Below, in pieces: positions 49,286 through 59,669 of a stretch of 64,000 bases of DNA. The stretch comes from a virus. The stretch spans positions 11,551 to 75,550 of the IMG/VR virus record IMGVR_UViG_3300010354_000064; one strand, 5' to 3'. Both the position numbers and the translations under genes were made by a program. The notes below the pieces were generated by a model that was given only the letters and a program-made list of their open reading frames with translations, did no database searches and was not told the origin of the DNA. Position 1 is the stretch's first letter. Every line of letters starts with the position of its first letter.

Positions 49286-49702
49286 CTAGCCCTCGGTCTT
49301 GTACTGCTTGCGCCCAGGGAACTTCGGGTACTTGCGGGGCCTCGGCGGCTCCGGGACGGGCACCGGCTTCACGGGGCCGCGCAGATGCGGCGGCTTTGGG
49401 AGCTTCACCGGCTGCGGGGGCTTCGGGTATTTCGGCGGGATGGGGATGGGATTACGCGGAACGTGCGGCTTGTCGGGCTTCGGCGGCTGCTTCGGCGGCG
49501 TCGGCCGATGCTGGTAGCCTTCGGGCTTGAGGTCTTCAGGACTCGTCCGCTCGAACCGAGAGCCCTCTTCCTTCATCGTCTCAGGCAGCACGTACACGAG
49601 CCGCCCCGTGTCCTTGTTGCGGACGGGAACTTTGCCCTTTCCCTTCGCGGCTTCGAGCGCCGCGAGGTAGCGGGCCACGACTCGGTGGGCCAGCACGTTC
49701 AT
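49286..49702 (-). CDS. Pro/Lys-rich protein with N-terminal RVVARYL motif
   Basis: N-terminus resembles a segment of the 7118..10657 protein. Confidence 0.7.
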   Translation of the reverse strand: MNVLAHRVVARYLAALEAAKGKGKVPVRNKDTGRLVYVLPETMKEEGSRFERTSPEDLKPEGYQHRPTPPKQPPKPDKPHVPRNPIPIPPKYPKPPQPVKLPKPPHLRGPVKPVPVPEPPRPRKYPKFPGRKQYKTEG

Positions 49703-49746
49703 GCACAGAGGCTAGCGCACAAGACCCTTATGCAGTTACTTGGGGT

Positions 49747-50157
49747 GTGAAGGCGTTACCAGTACTCCCCTGTCACCCGTGCCCACACGGTAACCGCTGC
49801 TGCTCGAAAGGAACCAACCTCCGAGACGATGAAGCGGCAGACATCGCAGAGAAGTACGGGGCCACGACTGTCGTGCTTCTGGTGGGGCACGAGGTCCACG
49901 AGAGATTTTCGGTCAACGGAGAAGCCGTCTCCGCAAGTACCCTCTGGAATCGAGGTGCGCCCGAATGGGCAACAGCCGTAAGCCAGCGAGGGTGCGTATT
50001 CCTCGAACCCGACGGGTCTTGTCGGCTGTACGCGGAGTCCTTCTACCCGCAGGTCTGCCGGATGTTTCCGTGGAAGGATCTCGCATCGGCTGACCGCGCA
50101 GAAGACGCGGAGCTATGCCCCGCGCACGGTCAACCGATGGCGACGCAGACCATGTAG
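49747..50157 (+). CDS. YkgJ-like Cys-cluster (Zn/Fe-chelating) protein
   Basis: C..C....CC, CVFL...G.C.LY...P..CR.FP. Confidence 0.75.
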   Translation: MKALPVLPCHPCPHGNRCCSKGTNLRDDEAADIAEKYGATTVVLLVGHEVHERFSVNGEAVSASTLWNRGAPEWATAVSQRGCVFLEPDGSCRLYAESFYPQVCRMFPWKDLASADRAEDAELCPAHGQPMATQTM

Positions 50158-50339
50158 GCCGCGAACCGCTCGGGGCACGGAGTACCCTCGCGCCGGACGG
50201 CCTCTTCGGCGATTTTGAGCCACAAGGGCTTGTTGTGGGCCGTCGTGGCCCACTCGCGGATGGACTTGCTCTCGACCTTCGCGAGGGCGCGAGAGAAGAA
50301 CGCGCGGGCCTCGGACTTCATGGCGGAGTTGGTGCTCAT
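50130..50339 (-). CDS. small hypothetical protein
   Basis: ATG 8 nt after class I motif at 50348-50374. Confidence 0.65.
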   Translation of the reverse strand: MSTNSAMKSEARAFFSRALAKVESKSIREWATTAHNKPLWLKIAEEAVRREGTPCPERFAAYMVCVAIG

Positions 50340-50385
50340 GCTGCCTCTACGAGGTGAGGAGGTCGTGTACCAACGCCCCGACCCC

Positions 50386-50902
50386 AGAAACTACGAGAGC
50401 CGGTACCTCGGCCAAGGTATCCGGCTCTCAGCGACCAGTATGGCTCGTCGTCGCCCCGACCCTTTGGTGGTCGGCACCCCCGCGCTCTGGGTTCGCGGTC
50501 CCCCGGCTGCGTCCGCCGGACGACCTCTCTGACAGTTGCCCGTCTTGCCCCTTGGCCGGAGGCTCCCGTGAGAGACGGGAAGTTGGTGGGCTCGTTGCCA
50601 CCAGGGAACGGCATCGAGAGCGTGGCCCTCGGCAGACCCGTTAGGTCGAGCCCGGAAAGGTTGGAGTGCGCCCCCGATCTCTCCTCGGGGGCTTGGAGCC
50701 GAGCAACCCTCTGCTCGGGGGAGTCCGGCCCTAGAAACCGGAGGTATCGAAAACTTGCCGGGCTCGTCACCCCGGCGGGAGCCTCGGTCTTTCCTACCAT
50801 CCCCCCACTCTTGCGAGGGGGAGCCCGACCTCTTTCGAGGCCCCGGAACCAGCACCCTTGGTTAGCTGGCCTCCGGCCCGACCGTTTCGGCGTCGTCCCT
50901 AC
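50386..50902 (-). ncRNA. large structured non-coding RNA candidate (~510 nt), family not recognised
   Basis: Own class I promoter with no ATG at the usual position; ~15 local hairpins, GNRA loops on the minus strand, long-range helices, 3' terminal hairpin. Confidence 0.7.
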
Positions 50903-50910
50903 ACTCCCTC

Positions 50911-50937
50911 TACGAGGTGAGCCCGCTGACTATCAAC
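50911..50937 (-). promoter_or_regulatory. class I promoter-like motif upstream of ncRNA candidate
   Basis: GTTGAT-N10-CTCACCTCGTA. Confidence 0.8.
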
Positions 50938-51148
50938 GGGTTTCTTCGTAGAGGGCGACCCTTCCTGCTGCCGCCTTCGCTTCCCACCGCTGCACCGCCT
51001 GAATGACACGGTGACGGTAGGAGCCGTCCGCTTCTGACGGCCGACGCGCAACCTCGACGCCCATCGAACGGACGAGCCGCTCCAGGGCCGAGGTCGGCAC
51101 CTGACGCAGTTCGTCGAACTTCAGGGTGATGGTCAGCGAGCGGCGCAT
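50933..51148 (-). CDS. small hypothetical protein
   Basis: ATG 8 nt after class I motif at 51157-51183. Confidence 0.65.
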   Translation of the reverse strand: MRRSLTITLKFDELRQVPTSALERLVRSMGVEVARRPSEADGSYRHRVIQAVQRWEAKAAAGRVALYEETR

Positions 51149-51220
51149 ACCTCCTCTACGAGGTGAGCGTGCCGAGCACCAACGGAGGGTCGGCACTTTT
51201 CTAGAACTACCGACGTTTCG

Positions 51221-53265
<2,045 letters not shown>

Positions 53266-53365
53266 GGGCTAGTTCTGCTAAGTCCCGAGACGAAGGGTGG
53301 CAACTTCACGCCACGTTGCTCTCCTACACCGGCCGCCGACATTTCTCTTGTGAAACGCGAAGCGC

Positions 53366-53767
53366 ATGACGGAGAGCAGCGACAAGGTGAAGCAGGCAGT
53401 AGCGTTAGTCACGGCCGTCACGGCGCTCGTAACAGCAGGCACGTCGCTCGTGAAGGCGCTCGACAAGAGCGTCGAGCGTGTGAGCTACGAGACTCTGAGC
53501 GAGAAGGTCGTCGAGCTTCAGAAAGAAGTCTGGGCGCTGAAGCAGGGGGCAACGGACTACATGCCATCGGAACCCGTCGATGCCGGGCTCTGCACGGCCG
53601 ACTACGACCAGGACGGGCTTCTGGACACGACCAAGGTCTTGCCCGCGTTGCCCGTGTGGCCCTCTTCGAGCGCGTCGGCCCCGCCGCAACCAGAACCCTC
53701 GGTCAGCGTAACGCCGCCGACGCCGCCACCCTCGTGGGAAGCCATCGAGTTGAAGGCGCAGCGGTAG
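53366..53767 (+). CDS. hypothetical protein with hydrophobic N-terminal helix and coiled coil
   Basis: AVALVTAVTALVTAGTSLV segment, Pro-rich tail. Confidence 0.6.
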   Translation: MTESSDKVKQAVALVTAVTALVTAGTSLVKALDKSVERVSYETLSEKVVELQKEVWALKQGATDYMPSEPVDAGLCTADYDQDGLLDTTKVLPALPVWPSSSASAPPQPEPSVSVTPPTPPPSWEAIELKAQR

Positions 53768-53769
53768 GG

Positions 53770-53840
53770 CTGGGGGACAAGGACTCGAACCTTGATTGAC
53801 GGGGCCAGAACCCGCCGTCCTGCCGTTAGACGATCCCCCA
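53770..53840 (-). tRNA. tRNA-Gln(CUG), CCA not encoded
   Basis: Acceptor TGGGGGA/TCCCCCA, anticodon arm GCGGG-TTCTGGC-CCCGT, T arm CAAGG-TTCGAGT-CCTTG, discriminator G. Confidence 0.93.
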
Positions 53841-53857
53841 AAGGGACGAGGACGACC

Positions 53858-54385
53858 CTACTCCAGCGACATCGCCAGGTCAAAGGCTTGTGCTTCCGAG
53901 GTCTTCGCGCCCCACACAGGGTCGTCATCCTCGGGGTCGGAGTCGATGCCCGCGAGAGCCGCCCGCCACTTGCCAGGGGCTTCCAGAACGACGACGGGGA
54001 TGTTTCGGTACGCCGCCGTCCATAGCAGGAGCTTCGGAAAGGGGACCGGCCCGAGGAGAGTCGAGAGCCGAGCCCGGTCGAAGACGAGCCCTCGGATGAC
54101 CCCGCCCTGAAGCAAGGGCTCGGATGGACCACACCAGTCGCGCAGGTCAGCGGTCAGAACCTCCTCGGGTTGCTCGGGCGGCAAGGTCAAGACCTCGACC
54201 ACCTCCGGGCTGTCGGCGAGCGCGTAAGAGGACTTACCTCGGACGGCCATGAGCGTCGGCCCCGTCACGGCCACCGCCCACAAGCTCTCGCCGACCTTCA
54301 CCGAGAAGGGCTGTCGGTAGAGGGGGTTCTCGTGCGCAGAAGAAGCGAAACGTGCGAGAGCTTGCGCGAGAAGGCTGTCGGCCAT
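53858..54385 (-). CDS. hypothetical protein
   Basis: ATG 10 nt after class II motif. Confidence 0.7.
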   Translation of the reverse strand: MADSLLAQALARFASSAHENPLYRQPFSVKVGESLWAVAVTGPTLMAVRGKSSYALADSPEVVEVLTLPPEQPEEVLTADLRDWCGPSEPLLQGGVIRGLVFDRARLSTLLGPVPFPKLLLWTAAYRNIPVVVLEAPGKWRAALAGIDSDPEDDDPVWGAKTSEAQAFDLAMSLE

Positions 54386-54434
54386 GCCCCTCTAGTACAC
54401 CGAGCCGCTACTCTTCTGATAGCTTCGGAAGGGC

Positions 54435-55004
54435 ATGGCCGAGATTACTTCCGTCACGGCGACGTGGCTTCCGAACAACACCGCCACCATCAGCGGCAGC
54501 GGCTTCGGTGGGGACGAGGGTTACGTCAACCTCGTATTCGAGAACCTGGGCAGCATCCTGACGTGCGCGGTGACGGACTGGACGGACACCAGCATCACGG
54601 CAACCCTGCCCGAAGGCGGTTTCGCGGCGAACGAAGCCGTCTACCTCGAAGTAATCGGGCCGAACACCAACTACTTCGCAGTACGGTCGGAACAGGCCGT
54701 CACCGACACGCCGGTCATCGACCCTCCTGTGTACCTTCTGGGACTCACTTGGGTCACCGTGAACCCAGAAGTGTTGCCCCTGCTTGACCCCGCCCCTCCG
54801 GTAACCCTGCTCACGGCGCTAGGGCAGGTCATGTCCTGGGACGAAGAAGCGGAAAAGTACGAGGTTCGTTGGTACCCGCTCATCGAGCTAGACAGGCCAG
54901 GCTCCTCCCTGGTCGATGCGGCCGACCTCGGGGTTGTCGGTGGACTCACACTCAGCCGGGCTCTTGCGACGGGGCTCCTGGGGGGGACCCGTCTGATTGG
55001 TTAG
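54435..55004 (+). CDS. IPT/TIG Ig-like domain protein
   Basis: ATISGSGFG...V.F....VTDWTDTSITATLP pattern. Confidence 0.65.
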   Translation: MAEITSVTATWLPNNTATISGSGFGGDEGYVNLVFENLGSILTCAVTDWTDTSITATLPEGGFAANEAVYLEVIGPNTNYFAVRSEQAVTDTPVIDPPVYLLGLTWVTVNPEVLPLLDPAPPVTLLTALGQVMSWDEEAEKYEVRWYPLIELDRPGSSLVDAADLGVVGGLTLSRALATGLLGGTRLIG

Positions 55005-55452
55005 AACCCACGGCGGAAAACCGAAGGAAGGCTTCCGAGGCCCCAAACAAATTCGGGCTATCGGCTGCTAGGCACCGCTGCACGTAAACCGAAAAGGCGC
55101 TCTGCTCATCACGAAGCTGAACCAACGCGGCGTTCAATGACGTGAACGTCAGCAGCTTGGCAAACTCATCGGGGAGCGCCTTCTTGGGCCACCAGGCAAG
55201 AGGGAGCTTCCAAGTCTTCATCGTCGTCGGCCCCGACGGAACAACAGCGGGCGCGAACGGAGACTCCGGTTGTGCGGGCTCCGGTTGGGTTCCTTCCGGC
55301 TGCTTCAGCGCCTCGACGAGCACGTCATCGAACCAGGGTCGAGCACGAATCGTCTGGTCAGCGTTCTCGGCAGCGTACTTGCTGATGTCGAGGAGCGCGT
55401 TGCACAGACTCTTCGACAGAAGCGGCTCAAAGGTCGGGTCGTTGTCCGGCAT
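54952..55452 (-). CDS. hypothetical protein
   Basis: ORF fills the gap; 3' end overlaps the convergent gene. Confidence 0.45.
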   Translation of the reverse strand: MPDNDPTFEPLLSKSLCNALLDISKYAAENADQTIRARPWFDDVLVEALKQPEGTQPEPAQPESPFAPAVVPSGPTTMKTWKLPLAWWPKKALPDEFAKLLTFTSLNAALVQLRDEQSAFSVYVQRCLAADSPNLFGASEAFLRFSAVGSNQSDGSPPGAPSQEPG

Positions 55453-55527
55453 GGAGTTCCTCGACAAGGTGACGGAAACAGTAGATTCTCAGCCGAATCG
55501 CTAACCTACTTTCGCGCCAAGGTAAGT

Positions 55528-56148
55528 ATGTCGAGCTTCCCGAACGAAGTCCACCACTCGCTGCGGACAGCCTCCGCCCGCGCTCGCCAGGCATCGAGGC
55601 CCTTCCGGTGCGTGGCTTTCCAGAGCGCCGAGTGGAACGCCTTTACCGAAGCGTGGGCACCCCGCATCTACGGCTTCCTGCTCGAAGCCCTCGGCCCGAT
55701 GGGCAAAGAGCCCGCGACGACCATCCTGCCGATGTCGGCCGGGCACCACATCGCATGGGCGACGGCGAGCTTCGAGCCAGGCTCCGGGCAGATTCGGCTC
55801 TCCGACTCCATCGAGGGCAAGCCCGGTCAGACGCTTGAGAAGCTCACCCACGAGATGACGCACGCCTCGCTCGCCGAGTTCCCCGAGGGCGACCCCTTCT
55901 ACGAGGAGGGCTTCGTGGATTACTCGGTCTGGGTGATGTCTCACGCGCCCGTCTGGGGCGAGCACCGAGAGGCGATGATTCACGCCGCCGAGTACAACAT
56001 CGCCCAGCGGCGAGAACGCGCGCTCCGGCAGGTGTCGGACTGGGACGTAAAGCGATGGGCCGGGGGGCTCTACGCCAACCTCATGCACGGGCCGTTCGTG
56101 GTGTCTCGCCTGAAAGCACGGAAGCTCGAAGGCAACTTTGCGTGGTGA
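55528..56148 (+). CDS. zincin-like metallopeptidase
   Basis: HEMTH (HExxH) with downstream YEEG. Confidence 0.7.
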   Translation: MSSFPNEVHHSLRTASARARQASRPFRCVAFQSAEWNAFTEAWAPRIYGFLLEALGPMGKEPATTILPMSAGHHIAWATASFEPGSGQIRLSDSIEGKPGQTLEKLTHEMTHASLAEFPEGDPFYEEGFVDYSVWVMSHAPVWGEHREAMIHAAEYNIAQRRERALRQVSDWDVKRWAGGLYANLMHGPFVVSRLKARKLEGNFAW

Positions 56149-56402
56149 AGGAGACGTGGTTCGTCTACATCCTCTACAGCATCAGGACGGGTAAGCTCTA
56201 CACGGGGACATCGAAAGACCCCCAAGCAAGGCTCGCCCGACACAACGCTGGGAAGGGTGCCAAGTACACGCGGTCGGGCCGACCGTGGCGCATCGTGTAC
56301 GTCGAAGCCCGTGAGGACCGGGGCGATGCCCTGCGCCGTGAGTACGAAATCAAGGGCCTGACGAGAGCCGAGAAGCTCCTGCTCGCCGGGCTCGCCGCCT
56401 AG
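56145..56402 (+). CDS. GIY-YIG nuclease (YhbQ-like)
   Basis: VYIL...LYTG...RL..HN.GKGAKYTR..RPW...E..IK. Confidence 0.88.
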   Translation: MKETWFVYILYSIRTGKLYTGTSKDPQARLARHNAGKGAKYTRSGRPWRIVYVEAREDRGDALRREYEIKGLTRAEKLLLAGLAA

Positions 56403-57223
56403 CGGGCGTAGACTTCCTTCATCTTCTCGACGACCTTCTTCTTGTACCTGTTCGACCACATGGGGTAGCTCATCGGCGTACCATCGCTGGTCGTCAAGTA
56501 CGGGGTGTCGAGGCCCATCTCCTTGGCAAGCGCGGACGGCCTGCCCGTCTTGGGGTCACCGATGATGTCGGTTTCCTGCTCGCCCTCCATGAGCATGTCG
56601 AGCCAACCGGGAGCCCACGGGACGATTCTGGCAATCTCCCGCTTGATTTCCCGGACCTTGGACTCGGTGACGTAATCGTCGAACTGCTTGAAGGCCGAGG
56701 GGTCGTCGAAGTCCATGACGGTGGCCTTGCCCTCGTCATCGTCCCTCTCGACGCTCTCGAACCGAGCAAGCTCGTCACGGCGCTTGCCCTTGCGGAGCTT
56801 GTCGATGATGAAGTTGGAGACGGCCTTGCGGGCAAGCCCCTGCGCGTCCTCGACGTGCGAGCCCTCGCGGATGGGGAGGGGCTTGTGGTAGGCGATGTAC
56901 TCGCCGATGGCGTCGGCGATGGAATCCACGTCGCGCGAGAAGCGAAGCATCCCTCGGAAGAGGCTCTCACCGAACTCGTGGTAGTAGCCTCGCGGCAACG
57001 TGTCGGCCGCGCGCGGCGAGTCGGGGTTCCACCGAGGACCGGGGTCGGGCATCCCCTTCACACCGGCTTTCAGGAACATCGCCCCGAAGTACTTGCCAAG
57101 AGCTTCCCCGAACGGAGAGGCCACCACGATGGCGTGCGCCAGACGGAAGCCGAGGGGCAAGGAACGGAAGATGCTGGCCCGAAGCTGCCGGGCGGCAAGG
57201 CGGAGGGAGGCGATGCGTTCCAT
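56399..57223 (-). CDS. divergent sigma-factor-like protein (candidate)
   Basis: ARKAVSNFIIDKLRKGKRR resembles ECF sigma region 2.3-2.4; SD GGAGGTG; next to another sigma-like gene. Confidence 0.45.
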   Translation of the reverse strand: MERIASLRLAARQLRASIFRSLPLGFRLAHAIVVASPFGEALGKYFGAMFLKAGVKGMPDPGPRWNPDSPRAADTLPRGYYHEFGESLFRGMLRFSRDVDSIADAIGEYIAYHKPLPIREGSHVEDAQGLARKAVSNFIIDKLRKGKRRDELARFESVERDDDEGKATVMDFDDPSAFKQFDDYVTESKVREIKREIARIVPWAPGWLDMLMEGEQETDIIGDPKTGRPSALAKEMGLDTPYLTTSDGTPMSYPMWSNRYKKKVVEKMKEVYAR

Positions 57224-57246
57224 CACCTCCACGCCTTATCAAAGGA

Positions 57247-58059
57247 CTAACCGGCCGAAACGCCAAGCACTCGGTTGATGCGGTTGACCGTAACACGCGA
57301 GAGGCGGAGCTTCCGGGCAGCCTCGACCGCCGTGTAGCCCTCCGAGAGGAGGTCGAAGAACTCCTGGGCAGAGTCGCCGAGCTTCAGGCTCGCGAGCGTG
57401 TGGCGGGCCTCGACGGCAGCCGTCATGCGTCGGGTCGAAGCGGCAGGGTCGGTCACGAGGTCGAACGGCTCCACCTCATCACGCCCGTCCGCGATGAGCC
57501 GCTGGGCCTTGCGCCCCTCGACGAAGCAGTCGAGAACGCGCTCCTTGTTCCGACGGTGGTTCGTCCGGCACCAGTTCGCGAAAGCGTTGTGGATGGCGTG
57601 CTGAAGGTACGTGCGGAAGTTGCTGACCGTCACGCGCGGGATGAGGTCTTCGCTCTCGGCGACCTTCGTGTGATACTCGTAGGCAGTCGCCTCGTACCGC
57701 TCGATGTCGTCGGTGGCCCAGAGGGCGTCCATCGAGGTCGGGTCACCCGCGACCGGAGTCGGCATCCAGCGGATGGGGCTGTCGCCCATCCGGTAGCTCT
57801 CCTGCGCCCCACACCAAGAGGCGACCGAGATGCCGAGGTGCAGGCAGACCTCTTCGGTCGTGAGCGCCTCGGGGCGCGTCCGCTGCGCTCGCTCGTGGAA
57901 CTTCTCGACCACCCGGCTCTGCACGAGCTTCAGCCAGACCGACTGGAGGATGTCCTCCAGGTTCTCGGGCCGCTTGTTCAGGTGCTTGACTTGCAGCGCG
58001 ATGTACTGCCCGTACAGCCGAGCAAGCTCGTCGTTGTTGCGGGGGATGCTGAGGGTCAT
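57247..58059 (-). CDS. ECF-like RNA polymerase sigma factor with insertion in region 2
   Basis: LEDILQSVWLKL, FRTYLQHAIHNAFANWCR (region 2); EGYTAVEAARKLRLSRVTV (region 4). Confidence 0.75.
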   Translation of the reverse strand: MTLSIPRNNDELARLYGQYIALQVKHLNKRPENLEDILQSVWLKLVQSRVVEKFHERAQRTRPEALTTEEVCLHLGISVASWCGAQESYRMGDSPIRWMPTPVAGDPTSMDALWATDDIERYEATAYEYHTKVAESEDLIPRVTVSNFRTYLQHAIHNAFANWCRTNHRRNKERVLDCFVEGRKAQRLIADGRDEVEPFDLVTDPAASTRRMTAAVEARHTLASLKLGDSAQEFFDLLSEGYTAVEAARKLRLSRVTVNRINRVLGVSAG

Positions 58060-58084
58060 GTTCGCTCCGTTCCTTCTCCCCCGT

Positions 58085-58111
58085 TACGAGGTGAGCCGAG
58101 CCGCTACCAAC
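58085..58111 (-). promoter_or_regulatory. class I promoter-like motif upstream of sigma gene
   Basis: GTTGGT-N10-CTCACCTCGTA. Confidence 0.75.
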
Positions 58112-58342
58112 GCGCCCGTCGCACTTCGTGAGGTTGCCGCCTCCGAGGGAAACCAAGGCGTACCCTCGTACCCTTCCGAGGTCAAGAAAATAAGACCACG
58201 CCGGGGTATCGGGGCGAGACGAAGTTGAAGCTCTGGTTGAAGACTGAGGGCATCCGGTGTAAGAAGGACTCGGGAAGCGGTTGCCGCCGCTGTTCGCTCC
58301 AGCGACGCCTCCGCGCAAGCGGGGGCGTTGCCCTTTCTAGCC

Positions 58343-58879
58343 ATGCCGCTCGACCTACCTCCCGAACTCCTGCACGCGCTCGAAGACCACCAGGCCCTCC
58401 TGGCCGCCGTGGACGCCGCCAACGGTCGGCACCCGGTAGCCGAAGCCAGAGAGGCCGTGCGGCGCGTCCTCGTGCCCGCTGAGGCCACCGAGACGGTCAC
58501 CGAGCACGTCAGCCAAGCGGCGATGCGCCGGTTCGTCGGCGAGCCCGTCACGGGGCCGGTCATCTCGGCCCCCATCCCGCTCCAAGAGCACTTGGAGGAG
58601 GCCGTAGGGCTCGCGTGGGTCGCATGGGCGCGCGGGGACGCCGAAGAGGCCCGCAAGACCCTCGCACGGGTCGAGCCCCTCATCGAGGCCCGCCGACACG
58701 GGAGCGGCATGACCCTGCTGGGCCTCCTGCTCTGGGGCCGTGCGCTCGTCGCGCTCCTCGACGGCGACCACGGGGAAGCCCGCAAGCTCTGGGGCCGAGC
58801 CTTGGAGGTCGGCACGACCTTCGGGCTCGACGCCACCACGATGCTCCGCTGGACGTACGCGGCGACGTTCGCGGGCTAG
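58343..58879 (+). CDS. hypothetical TPR-like helical protein
   Basis: Two ..GD..EARK repeats. Confidence 0.6.
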   Translation: MPLDLPPELLHALEDHQALLAAVDAANGRHPVAEAREAVRRVLVPAEATETVTEHVSQAAMRRFVGEPVTGPVISAPIPLQEHLEEAVGLAWVAWARGDAEEARKTLARVEPLIEARRHGSGMTLLGLLLWGRALVALLDGDHGEARKLWGRALEVGTTFGLDATTMLRWTYAATFAG

Positions 58880-58887
58880 AATGGGCG

Positions 58888-58917
58888 AAGCCCCCGACCC
58901 GTGAGGGCCAGGGGCTT
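58888..58917. terminator. hairpin between convergent genes
   Basis: AAGCCCC...GGGGCTT inverted repeat. Confidence 0.5.
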
Positions 58918-58943
58918 GCCGGTTGCCCCCGGAGGGCCTCCCC

Positions 58944-59378
58944 TCACTTCGGGAGGTTCACGCGGGGGGTGCTCGCCACCATCTCGACGAGGTTCTCGAC
59001 GATTGCCCGCTGCGCCTTCGGGAGGGCGACGAGCTTCTCCTCGAAGTCCGGCGCGAACTCGACGACCGTCTTCTTGACGAAGAGCGACCCGTAGACCTCG
59101 GCCGGGAGGCTCGCCTCGGAGGCGAGGAGGTCCGCACCCTTGCGGGCCTTCGGGGCCGCCTTCACCATCGCGACCTGGGCCGAGCCCAGGGTGCCCTCGA
59201 CGGCCGCGTTGTTCTCGCCCGAGAGGGCCGCCGCAGCGATGCCCTTCTCGCGGATGAACGCCTTGAGGGCGTCCAGTTCCTTCGTGAGGCGGTTCACCTC
59301 ACGGTTCGCCTCGATGGCCGCGTCCACGATCTCGACCACGTTACCCGCCGCAACCATGTCCTTCGCGCTCTTGTTCAT
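58944..59378 (-). CDS. hypothetical protein
   Basis: Strong codon bias, SD GGGAG, class I motif at 59450-59476. Confidence 0.75.
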   Translation of the reverse strand: MNKSAKDMVAAGNVVEIVDAAIEANREVNRLTKELDALKAFIREKGIAAAALSGENNAAVEGTLGSAQVAMVKAAPKARKGADLLASEASLPAEVYGSLFVKKTVVEFAPDFEEKLVALPKAQRAIVENLVEMVASTPRVNLPK

Positions 59379-59669
59379 CGGAGTCTCCCGCCGGGAACGC
59401 GACCCGTCCGACCGTCGGACTTGGGTGGCTTCGCGGCTTGTGACTCCTCTACGAGGTGAGCCCGGCAGGTACCAACGCGACCCCGAAAGAAAATCGACCC
59501 GGCAGGTTCAACCCCACCCCGATAGCTCAAATCCGGCCACAAGGTGTACGGAACCCTTACCCGCCATCCTCCCTCTCGGAGAACGGGGCTCCCGACAACC
59601 AACCCTGCAACCCGCTTCCGAGCTACCTCGGAAGCTCGTTCTCGTGAATCCAGCAGGCTTCCCCTGCTA

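Noticed and set aside
50395-50429. GAGCCGGAU hairpin as group II intron domain V
   Set aside because: The bulge is a single 5'-side A rather than the 3'-side two-nucleotide bulge; no GUGYG 5' end, no interrupted gene and no RT.
50386-50902. ncRNA as tmRNA or RNase P RNA
   Set aside because: No tRNA-like ends, T-loop or tag ORF; GGAAAGACC only loosely resembles the RNase P 5' P4 strand and I found no matching 3' strand.
50336-50951. ORFs 50336..50800, 50391..50855 and 50568..50951
   Set aside because: No codon bias, Arg/Gly/Pro-rich translations, and starts that do not fit the promoter; they overlap the hairpin array.
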